64,000 bases of DNA from Chara braunii (taxonomy: Eukaryota; Plantae; Charophyceae), in assembly GCA_003427395.1 (NCBI GenBank), contig BFEA01000046.1:2421903-2485902 (forward strand). Direction: 5' to 3'. Below are positions 13,201 to 23,714 of the stretch, one piece after another. Position 1 is the first letter of the stretch; each line of letters opens with the position of its first letter. The position numbers and the translations under genes are program-made. The notes under the pieces are model-generated. The model was not told the DNA's origin, made no database searches, and worked only from the letters and a program-made list of their open reading frames with translations.

Positions 13201-14859
13201 GATAAGTCTCGGAAATATGGGTCAGACCCCAAAGGTCCTCTGCCACAAACGTCGGAACCCTCACTCGTAATCGCACACCGGGAAAAGGGAAGGTTCCACC
13301 GATCCGAAGGGTCGTACTCACCTCCCTAACTGGCCCGTATAAGCTCTCAATCTCCCTGCGAGCGCTCTCTGCAGCCTCTGACAAGACGGTCCTCGCTACT
13401 TGCTCACCTCACTAGTGATCATGAACCAACCCCTCGCAATGGACCGCCACCTCTACCTCGCGCGAGTAGTAAATGTGTCCTATTGCCTCCACTCTCGTCG
13501 TCTCAGACACTCGCCACAGCTGGTCGTCTGACTCGAAAGTCTCGATCACATAAGCCCACAAATGTATGTCCGGCCCCAACAGAGTCGAACTCCACCGGCT
13601 CTGGACTCCAGACCCTCGCCCATCTACACTCCTGGCTGGCAGGTCGAACTCTAGTATGCTGGGCGCCACAATCTCAGGGGGCCTAGGCCACCTAGCACTG
13701 CTGATCTGGAGTCCGACCCTATCCGTCCGCTCTATCATCGAATCTCACTCTACTACCGGCTGACACCAATCACCAAGCCTACTCAGTCAGCGGCCCTAGC
13801 ACGTCTCCTAGGTCCGAACGGCTACTCCTATCCTGGGAAAGTGAGCGTCGGTAAGATCAATCTCCTCCTCCGACTCAGTGCCCTCACTGTCGGAGTCGAC
13901 CCAGTCAGGCTCCGAGTCCCAAACCTCCTCGTCGTCGTCTCTGTGCCACCCCTCGTCGTCGAACTCGTCCTCCACGTGATATGGACGAAGTTCGATCGCC
14001 TGATAGTAGCGTGTCAGTTGATACTCGTGGATCAAGGGTCCTCGAGGGGCCTCGCTCCATAGACTTTCCCAATCCTCCGAAAAGAGTCTCCCTATACAGG
14101 TGATGTACTCCGGCCCTGCCCGGAGCTCACGATCCAGCCAACTCCAAACGTATGAGGGTGGCGGTACCCCTCTCTGGCAGTCGTCTCCCAATGAGCGGAT
14201 CAGCTCTATCAGCTGAACCCTCTCGTCACCCCAACGGAGGCCTCCTGTCGCAAGGGAGTAGTATATGTAATACTCGTTCAAACTACACCTAGTGAATGTC
14301 TCAAGCTCTCTATATGCGAGGTATGTCTCCACTATACCTCCTACTCCTTTGAAGACCGAGTCCACCAAAAAAGGGGGAAGGACCGCTCTCAGGCAAGTTC
14401 CCGAGTAAGGGAAGAATGTGTCTCGTGCTATCAAGAGGTCGCCCGTAATATCGAGAGGAGGCCGGTCGTGAAACAACGTCAACGGGTCCTGCCCGTTGTC
14501 CGCGTGAAACTTGTCGATCTCCTGTTGCAAATAATGTTGGGCTCTATCGATGATCGAGCTAGATCCCCAGATCGCAAAACTCAAAACAACCTCCTTGGCT
14601 GCTTCCTCTTCCAGATAAGATAAGCCCTCACTACTCCACGCGTCTGACCTCCGTACTGTCCTGTCAAATGCTCTCTGTGTATCCACATCCAAACATCAGA
14701 GGTCAGAAAGACAGACCTCCACCGGAACTCCCTGTCGAGCCACTCAGTAGGTCGCCCGGGGAGTGTAAGCTCTACCAAGCCACCCTCTATGAGCTCCGGG
14801 GGCTCGATCCCCCACGCACGGTCAGCGTCGTACACCTCTATGGTATCGGATTGCAACAT
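10274..14859 (-). pseudogene. Cluster of extra ORF remnants of unknown function upstream of gag (element 1)
   Basis: Co-directional ORFs of 165, 100, 62, 199, 184, 108, 294 and 92 aa tile the region almost continuously with protein-like composition. No recognised motif. Confidence 0.55.
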
Positions 14860-16110
14860 CCGACTAGCTATTGTGCATGTGGGACCTTATAGTGCCTAGG
14901 AGGAAGGGTATAAACTTTGAAAAAAAAAACGGCAGCACTTCGCCTCCCCCACGTTGGGATGGGGTTCGGGAGGTGATCCCTAAATAAATGTTGCCTACAT
15001 GTGTCCTATACGATGCCTACTATAACCTAGATGCCCATAAACAAGAATCCTGGCCCCAATTGAGCTAACGGCCTTCTATTACAGTTTCCTCGAAAAGTAG
15101 GCACGTGCACAATTCGAGGGAACCTTGCTTTTGGGGGCTCCCTCGCGCGCCCTCGGCCCACAAGGGGTGGGAACAACTACAACACCCACGAAATGCCAAG
15201 TTGGTATCCTTTCCCGAAAATTTTCAGATTGTTTTTTATTTTTCAAGAATTTTTAATAATTTAAATTGGAGAAATTTTTGAAATTGATTCCGGAATTGGT
15301 GGTAATTTGACCCTGTGTTTGGGGATGCTTTGAAGAGTGCTGGAGGGAGTCCGATTCAAAATTCCCTCGTACTTTAAACTCTTTCAAGGATTTTTATTGA
15401 ATTTTTCGAAAAATAATTCACGAAAATTCAATAAGAATCCTATAAAATATTTTTCCTTCCCCCAACCTTTAGAGGACTTAGTTTAGTTACTCCTTGCAAT
15501 TTTCAGTTGATCTTTCTACTTTATCCCTACTATTTTCTAAAATTTTCTATATTTTATTGAATTTAATTAGAGAAAATTAAAAAAAAGTCAAAATAATTCT
15601 CCTTTTTATTTCTTCTTTGTTAGAAGTAGGTTTTTCTCTTAGTATGCCAAATTCCTTAATTTACTTTCAATTAGGGTAATTTATGTAAATTTTGGAAAAA
15701 TTTCGGCAGCATCTCACCTCCCTCCGTTGGGATGGGGTTCGGGCGAAGCCCAACAAACGCTACCGATAAAGAAAATTATAAAAAATATTGAAAAAATAGT
15801 TACTCTATTTTTACTGGATTTTTAAGGATTTTTAATAATTAATTCGAGAAAATTCAGATAAAAGTTGAAAAATCCAAAATTTTTTGGTAGCAATTTGGGG
15901 TTTGGGACTATCATCCCTTAATCCACTATCGGAAAGAGCAGGAAGAGAAATTTTAAACAATTAGAAAGGGAAAATTGCCATTTTAATTAATGTTTATTAA
16001 ATTTTTATCAATAAAATATTTAAAATAATGGAAAAGTACAAAATTTTAAACTTTGGCAAGTATCCACTATATTCTATTTCACTATAATTTTTGAGGTTGC
16101 ATTCGCCTCC

Positions 16111-16178
16111 TAAACCCCTAATTAGGGTTTCACCTAACTAGGGTTTCCCCTAATTAGGGTTTCTCTAATTAGGGTTTT
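16111..16178. promoter_or_regulatory. Cluster of four telo-box/telomere-like TAGGGTTT motifs, partly as CCCTAATTAGGG palindromes
   Basis: taaacccctaattagggtttcacctaactagggtttcccctaattagggtttctctaattagggtttt. Function inferred only. Confidence 0.5.
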
Positions 16179-16379
16179 AGGATCTTGTGCGTGCTCGCAC
16201 GCTCACCACTAACCCCCGATTATCGTAAGAAAATTCTTGTTTGATTCCCTTTGGTATCGGATTACTTTTTTTTCTTTTTCTTTTTCCTTAATTTTAAATG
16301 AAATTACAAAAAAAATCAAATTTCTCTTTATTTTTGTTTTCTTTTTCTATATATTTGTTCCCGCTGTTAATTCAAACAG

Positions 16380-16645
16380 CTACCCACCATGCAAGGTTCT
16401 ACCAAACCAATTGTTTTGGCAGTTAGACACCCTTAGATGAAAAAGTGGTATTTCAAGCTTGGTAGTCAGTGATGACCACCTCCCACCTATCTTACACATT
16501 CAATCAAGGTTGTCAATGCAAAGCTATAGTAAAGGTGCACTGGGTCTTACCGTCTAGCCGCTGGTACTCCGCATCTTCACGGAGAATTCAATTTCACTGA
16601 GCCCATGTTGGAGACAGCGGGGCAGTCGTTACACCATTCGTGCAG
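16380..16645 (-). pseudogene. rrn26: NUMT: mitochondrial-type large-subunit rRNA fragment (domain IV-V boundary region)
   Basis: Reverse complement of conserved LSU segments GTGGTATTTCAAG, CTCCCACCTATC, AAGCTATAGTAAAGGT, GCATCTTCACGGAGAATTCAATTTCAC and GGAGACAGCGGGGCAGTCGTTACACCATTCGTGCAG. The last variants and the shortened L1-stalk segment match plant mitochondrial rather than bacterial or plastid sequence as I recall it. Confidence 0.85.
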
Positions 16646-17259
16646 TATGTTTTTCCCGACTAATGTCTCAAAATGTCGGGAAAAATATTTAGGACAATTT
16701 TGTTGCAGGGTGTTCTGCCCGAATTTCGCTTCTATTGTCCATAATTAATAAAAAAGAGAAAGTGGGAATTTTGGAATAATAAATAGGCAAAATAAAGAAA
16801 ATTAATTTTCTCAAGATCCAGCCGTTACAATTTGTCAAAAGGGGTCTCAAAACGTTCACCTCAGCGAGAGGAAGAATTTTGCCCCGGTGATGTTCGCACG
16901 AAAAAGCGCGGATTGGAAGATACCTAAAAAAAACTAATTCAATAAACAAAAGAAAATATCAAAATTTTAAACTAATCAAGGAAATTGCTACTAATCAGGC
17001 TAATTAGCAATCTGCTAATCAGCCCGCGCACCCCCGTTGATTGGGGAAGGCCGCGGCCTTGGGGGTGCAGTTCCCTTCCCCGGCAACGGCGCCAACGTTG
17101 TGAGGAAACCTGGGGAGGGGCACCTACTGTTCGCCGAAGCCAAGGGCTACGGCGCCTGTCACTCGCCACGCCCGCTTCCGAGGTCCTCAGCGACCAGTAG
17201 GGTGGCGGGGTCGCGTATTCCAACGTCTTTCCCCCTTCTTCAACGAGGTTAGGAGCACT

Positions 17260-17896
17260 TGTGTTGGGGAATCATAACAAGTCTCATTTCTCGGGGATCG
17301 GCTAGAAAGATCATGCGAAAGTTTGGATTCCAATTTACAAAAGTTAGCAAATCCAACAGCAACACACACAAAGCTCGTTTCACTATACTCAGCCAGACTG
17401 AGCATACGAGAGATCTGATCTCAGTCCACAGTAGTCGGCAAAAATAACAACGACATGCACAAAACTCGCTTCACAATACTCAGCCAGAGCGTTCATGCGA
17501 GAGATCTGATCTCAGTTCATAGAAGTCAACAAAATTAACAGTGTCTCATACAAAGCTCGTTTCGCAATGCTCGGCCAGAGTGATCATGCGACTGAGTGGT
17601 GGCCAGTTCTTATCATTCGGCAAGGGGAACAACAAGCTTAAACACACACAATCTGCAGTTTCCTTGTGGTCAGCGAATCAGATCAAGGCCCACAACACAA
17701 CCATGGCCATAGTGTTTCTGCTTCTTCTTTTCCCTTACTCCCTCTTTCTTCCTTCGACTCGACGGGAGGCAAACACCCAGTCTCGTGTCCCTTTCGCGTC
17801 TTGCATGTGCGAGATCCTTTTTCCCCTTTCTTCCCCCCCTCTCTTACACACTCATTCTTACAAAACTCGTTCACATACACTCAGTCTGCTTTTTTC

Positions 17897-17974
<78 letters not shown>

Positions 17975-19075
17975 GACTGGCGAGGGAAAAAGGGAAGGGG
18001 AGAAAGGAAAAATTAAATATTCTAGGTAACATTGAGCACATTGAATGACGGATAACTCTGAAGCTCAGTTTGGTGGTGATCGAAGAGCGCCATTCGCTGC
18101 AGCGCATAGATTACCTACGAGTACCTGATTGACTATTCGCCGTTCGCAGGAAAACACTCACCCCTCCAACTGCGGGAAGGCTCAATTGCTCGGTCGTCGA
18201 CACCGGAGCTGCTTGATACGTCGTTCACCGAAGGGCGTCATTCCCGTTGGCAACGGGATCACTTATCTGATCAATTTTGCTGGCGAGCGCTGTTACCACT
18301 AGCAACGGGAAGGTCAGACTATTCTCCCTCTGATTAGCACCGGCAGCGGAATATACTTGATTGGTCACGCTGAAGAGCACCCCCGCTAGCAGCAGAAACG
18401 TCAGATTAATATTTCACAAATGAGTGCCCGAAGCAACGTCTGCTTGACTGACCACACCGGAAATGGCAGATGGGTAGTTCGCTGGCGCGCACTGTTTTTG
18501 CTGTCTCCCTCTCTTATGAGCAGCGCAACCCTCTCTCTCTCACACACTGTATGTAGTCTCCCTCTCTCACGATAGTTTCTTTCTCTCGCTGCAGTTTTTC
18601 CCTCTGTCTCTCTGCAGAGTACTCTCCCCTCTAACTCACTGTATACTACTCCTCGCATATGCACCCACTATGAGGGCCCAAAGCTGAAAGCTTACCGTTT
18701 CTTCTAGACTTTCGAGCCCAGCGGTGTCAAGTCAAAAGAGCCCCACATTTTGGTCAAGAGCTCCCTTCACACTATAGCCTCTCTAGTCTTTGTACACTGC
18801 TAATGAGCGCGAATACATCTTGGCTACTTGCCCGCCCACATGGTTCAAGAGTTCACAAAAGTCACCGTGAAGTACTTACTCCCGGCTGACACGCACAACA
18901 AAGTCACGCGTCTACCGTTCACAACGTTCAACATCACAAAGCACGTTACTTCCCATGGCCCTTCATCGCCGAACGCAGTTTTGAAAGTTCAGAGCAACGC
19001 AATGCCCAGTGATGAGACGTTACGAATGATCAACCAGTGGAAGTGTGACAGCTGGATCTGAGCGTCCCTGTCACA
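17260..19075 (-). mobile_element. 3' LTR of LTR element 2
   Basis: TGTG...CACA termini, followed by TTACTCTGCCCCCCCC (minus-strand PPT, 19076-19091). Internal ~95-bp direct repeats at 17370-17580, plus poly-C and (CT)n at 17898-17970. Confidence 0.65.
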
Positions 19076-21811
19076 TTACTCTGCCCCCCCCTTGTCAGTC
19101 CGTTATCCGTGATACAGAGGCGTTATCGTTGCTCACACTGCACACACGAAAACATCACTTTCCTTGGTTTATTCTTGCCGCGTTAAGGGCGGCGAACGCC
19201 ATGCACGCCTCTTGACACTGCCCCCCTTCAATCGCATATCTTCACTGCTTTGACCAGGGCACACCACATGCTTTCTCACACTCTCTCTTCAAACTCGCCT
19301 GCCTGAGTTGAGCCGTGCAGTGGGCGGTATACGCCAGGCACACGTTCCCTGTCACTGAAACAGGCTGCGCTGTCGCTGCCTGGTGGGCTGCATACGCCAG
19401 GCACACGAAAAAAAGGAGCCCCCCAATTTATCGTAGTTCTCTCCTATATCCCATTCGCAGCACAGTCTTGGACATCAAGCAGAGCATCGGTCCCCATAGG
19501 CCTCAGCCCCACCGTACTCGTCTGTAGTCAGGGACTGGTACCGCCTTGTCGAGCTCCAGCCCACAACTGGCGCCATATACAGGCCCGATCTGTTGGCCTC
19601 GTGGGGTACCGACAGGGCTCAGAGCCGCTGTAGGCGTCTTTGAACATTTCTGGGGGCCCATCGCGATGCCAAACTGATCCCGGCGCCACACCAAACCCCC
19701 GTTGGATAGTTCCGGTACCACACTTGCGCAAAGGCAGTAACCTTGCTAAATCAGTAGTTCCCATCCGATGCAGTTAATTGGTGTGTGTTACGGGGGGCCC
19801 AAAATTGGATCAGTATCCCTTTCCGAGTGCCCCATGCGCAGTACCGTCTCCATCTAGTCATACCGTTTCTGTTCTGACCCAACTATCGTTCCGGGTTCCG
19901 CACTCATGTAATAGGATTAGACCACAAGGTAGACTTTGTTACCATGTCTATGCCAGCAGCGACCTTCATCAGTCCAGCCCGAAAACCGTGCAATACCGTG
20001 CCTGTCCTGAACTGATACTGGACTTGGAAACGATCGTTCCAAGCTGCGATGGCTTGTACCTCACCGGCGTCGAACCAATTGTCGAACCTGAAATGGTCAT
20101 TCGAAGTCGTAGTCACTCATACCGTTGCCGGAAACGCGTCAAATACCGTAGCTCGCCGCGACCCCGAAATAAGTATTGAACGTGGCCCGAATTGAATCAG
20201 CATACCGTGAGGTGTCCAACCCTGTATACCGCGTTTGTGCCAACCCAACATTCCGATCTAACCGTTGTACCAATGGCGGTCCAACACGGAACCACCTCAA
20301 ACTGTAGTGGCATGAATCACACCGTACCTGACCCATGCCAAGTACCGTACAACGCCGCAAAGCCGTAATGGCAGAGAACCTTCCTCGAACCAAAGTGTTG
20401 TGTCCGAGTCGAATCAGTAGCCACATCAAAATAATATAGTCAAGCAACACAGTCAAAGTAACACAGGAGCAAACACCGCGGCAATCATCTAACCCCACAC
20501 TCATAACACATAGGTCGCAGTAAGACTATAAATCAGGGAAATCAGGTAAATCACGCAAGCAAATCTCAATCGTCAGAAAAATAGGGAGAATCGTCAGGAG
20601 AAGAATAGATAAATAATCCGAGGTAAAAATTTATTGCGAATAATTAATATAAAAAAAAGTTAAATATCAAATAATCGTTGGTTCATTCGCGTTTTATTGT
20701 TTTAATTGTTTCTCTTATTTCCTAATTCTTTCATCGGAAATTTAATCAAAGACGATCATGTCAAAGACGAACCCAGATGGAATTTAATCAAATATCCAAA
20801 CTTCCTTGTTTTTCTCCTTCTTTTATTGTTGTTGACTCTTTCCCTCATTTACGATTCTATTACTAGAAATAACAAATAATAAGGGCGATCCCATTAAAAT
20901 TAATTACCGAGGAAATTCAATAAAATAAAGAATATCCGTTTTTTTAATCTCTTTTTTCGTTTTTAATTTCCTTTTTCTATTTTTAATTTTAATATTAAAA
21001 TTAAAAGAAATGCGAGACTCCATTCTCGCGTCAGTTGGACAGAGTAAAAGGGCCTCGCCAAAGCCTATTCTCAAATTACCGTCACTCGGCCAGTCGTTTC
21101 GGCAACAGGCTTGGAGCGAGCGGAAATGAGGTAGACATCAGTATCGTAGAAGAGGCAGTCCCTCTCGTCAAATTCGAGGGCTAGTTCCTGCAGTCGTCAC
21201 ACCCAATTTTTGGGGTGGTCACGGTACCCCTAATTTTCCCCAACCGGTCGGACAAAAGTCTCGGCCGATTATCTCTCAGATAACTTTTCTAAGGGTCAAT
21301 CTCCCGGTATTAGGGCGACCGACTGACCTTCGGTCGCCCGACAACGTCGCTTAATAAGGTCCGGGCAGGCTATCGTGCCAAACACCCTTACAAGGGTATT
21401 TGGCATATTTTCTGCAAGTCACGCAAGTGCGGCCTCGCTCGTCTGACGGCGTGCGCGCGAGAGGGAGTATAGGTCCTCGCTTGGGTGAGCGGCGCGCGCA
21501 GAGCATTGGCAGCGAGATGCGACCATATGCGGCTAAGGTGTGCGCGGCGTTGTAGGCCGGAGGGACGCGCACCCCCTCGTCCTTTTAGTACTTTTGGGTT
21601 CCCCCCGCATTTATTTTTATACATTGATATTTTTTATTATTCCCATCTTTATTTTTGTGCCTTTGACTCAGAAGATCGACTCTGAAGACCGACGTCGGGA
21701 TCAACACGACTGGCTCCGTTGCGATATTGCAGGGCGCGGATGACCGTCACGGTAGTCGAGGACCATAAGCACATGTATTTTGGGCAGGTCCACTAGTAAC
21801 CCCGCAGATTT

Positions 21812-22180
21812 GGGATGCTGGCAAAAATCACCCTACTCTACCCGTGTCGGAGTACCCTGACCAAAGAAATCAACGTGCATGAGAGTGGTGGGGTCTGTGG
21901 TCATGGTTTTTCTTTGTTTCCTGTTTGGAGAGTGTCGGTAGTATAAAGTGGAAGGAACATAAAGTGGAAGGAAATTGAAGAGCATTCCGAGCGGGTCTGT
22001 GGGATCGCAGCCCGAGGGATGTAAACGGTTGTTGTGGCACTGCCCGCCAGCCACGATCTGCTGCGAGAGGTTTGAGTGTGAGCGTGCCCGCTGGGGCACG
22101 TAAAATGGTGAACTATGCCTGAGCGGGGCAGGGCCAGCGGATACCCCTAGGAGGCTGCCGCATTCCTGGCTGTGCGACGA
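21812..22180 (+). pseudogene. Degenerate nuclear 26S/28S rRNA fragment (end of D2 through D3)
   Basis: Colinear blocks GGATGCTGGC, CCCGTgTcGgAgtACcctGACCAAaGA (cf. CCCGTCTTGAAACACGGACCAAGGAG), GAGTGTGAGC and an exact ATGGTGAACTATGCCTGAGCGGGGC (22105-22129). Confidence 0.75.
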
Positions 22181-22939
22181 GGCTGTCCCGGTGGCTGTCC
22201 CATGGGACACCTCCCCACCTCGCCTCTTTGTGTTCTCATTCGAATGTTTGCTGCTACCACCAAGATCTGCATTGCGGCTTGCGTCCCCAAGGTCCACGCT
22301 ACAGGCTATAGTGGGGCCGCGCCCCGAGCCTGTGACCTGTTGTGTGGGAAAGGTGAGTGGGAACACCTTTGTTGGGAACCCAAAAGGTGATGGGCCATCC
22401 CTGGCGCTGGGCTGCAGCGGTCCTGGGCTGAAGTCAGCAGACATAGCAGCAGGCCGCATCCTTCTGAATGTCGTAACGTCGGGCTGGCCAAAACAACCGA
22501 ACATGGGTTGCGCTATCGGATGGAGCAGCTCGAAAACGAGTATATTCCTCGGGTGGGTTCGACATCCAAGACCTCCACCCCGCTATCTGATATCGGGCGG
22601 ATGGAGCGCTATCTGGGCTGGCACACAGTTCAACGAGAAGATTGGCAGCAGGCGTAACTAAGGGAAACGGGCAGCGCTGCGCAGCTGCGCAGCAGCGGAA
22701 GAGGCAATAGCGCAGAAGGGCCGATGGTCGAATCACTCTGGAGCTGCTGTCGGACCGGCCCTAAGACGGGCGTAGGCAGGCAGCGGAGGTACCGCCTACA
22801 AAAGAAAGAAGAATCTGGTCGTGCTCTTAGGCCAGATGCAATCGGAGATAAAGACAAGGAAGAACGGCTATGTCGGGAGGGGAGAACCCGTGACTCACTC
22901 GATTCCCAGAGAGAAGGTTAACAACAGTCGCATTTTTCA

Positions 22940-23296
22940 TCACCACTTCAGGATGCAGCCTGCCTAAACAAGTGGTTTTTAGGGTCTTCGGACCTTTCAC
23001 CACTTCAGGACCATTCACGTCTGAAAATCCTAAATGGTCCTGAAGTGGTGAAAGCTCCGAAGAACCTGAAAACCACCTGTTTAGGCAGGCTGCATACTCA
23101 AGTGGTGAAGGGTGGTTTTCATGGTCCTCGGACCTTTCACCAATTCAGGACTATTCAGGAGTTTCAGACTGCCCAAAACTCTCACTTGACCACTTCAGGA
23201 CACCCTTCACCACTTCAGGATGCAGCCTGCCTAAACAGGTGGTTTTCAGGGTCTTCAGACCTTTCACCACTTCAGGACCATTTAGGATTTTCAGAC
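22940..23296. repeat. Three copies of a 76-96-bp unit in +/-/+ orientation
   Basis: A at 22940-23015, inverted B at 23019-23114, C at 23201-23296 (core TCACCACTTCAGGA). Confidence 0.9.
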
Positions 23297-23640
23297 TTCC
23301 CAAATCTCTCACTTCAGAATTTTCATTCCTGAATTTTCAGCTACCCGATAACTTCTTGTGGATTCCCACTGGATTCGGGCGGGGAAGGGTGTAGAGTGGG
23401 GGTTTTAAGGCTAGGCGAGTTTAGTGGTGATGTTAGTTTCAATGTTAGATTAGTAAAATCAGAGTTAGCAGCGAAGTGAGGTCCGTGGAGCTATGGCGGA
23501 GCAAGCAGGAGTAGGAGGAATCAAAAGGATGAAGATCCCACCCGTTACTTAACGAAAACGGGCGGGGAAAGATCTGAAACGCGGTTTCTTGGCCATGGTG
23601 ACCTCAAGCGTGTAGTCAGCTTGGGGAGAGGATTTTTTTT

Positions 23641-23644
<4 letters not shown>

Positions 23645-23712
<68 letters not shown>
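23645..23712. repeat. (CT)n microsatellite
   Basis: Seen directly. Confidence 0.98.

Positions 23713-23714
<2 letters not shown>

Noticed and set aside
16380-16645. Functional rRNA gene or bacterial contamination
   Set aside because: It is only 266 bp and is flanked by AT-rich nuclear repeat sequence. Treated as a NUMT.
18369-18402. Hammerhead-like CTGAAGA...GAAAC in LTR 2
   Set aside because: Stem II does not close properly and no stems I/III with an NUH site were found.
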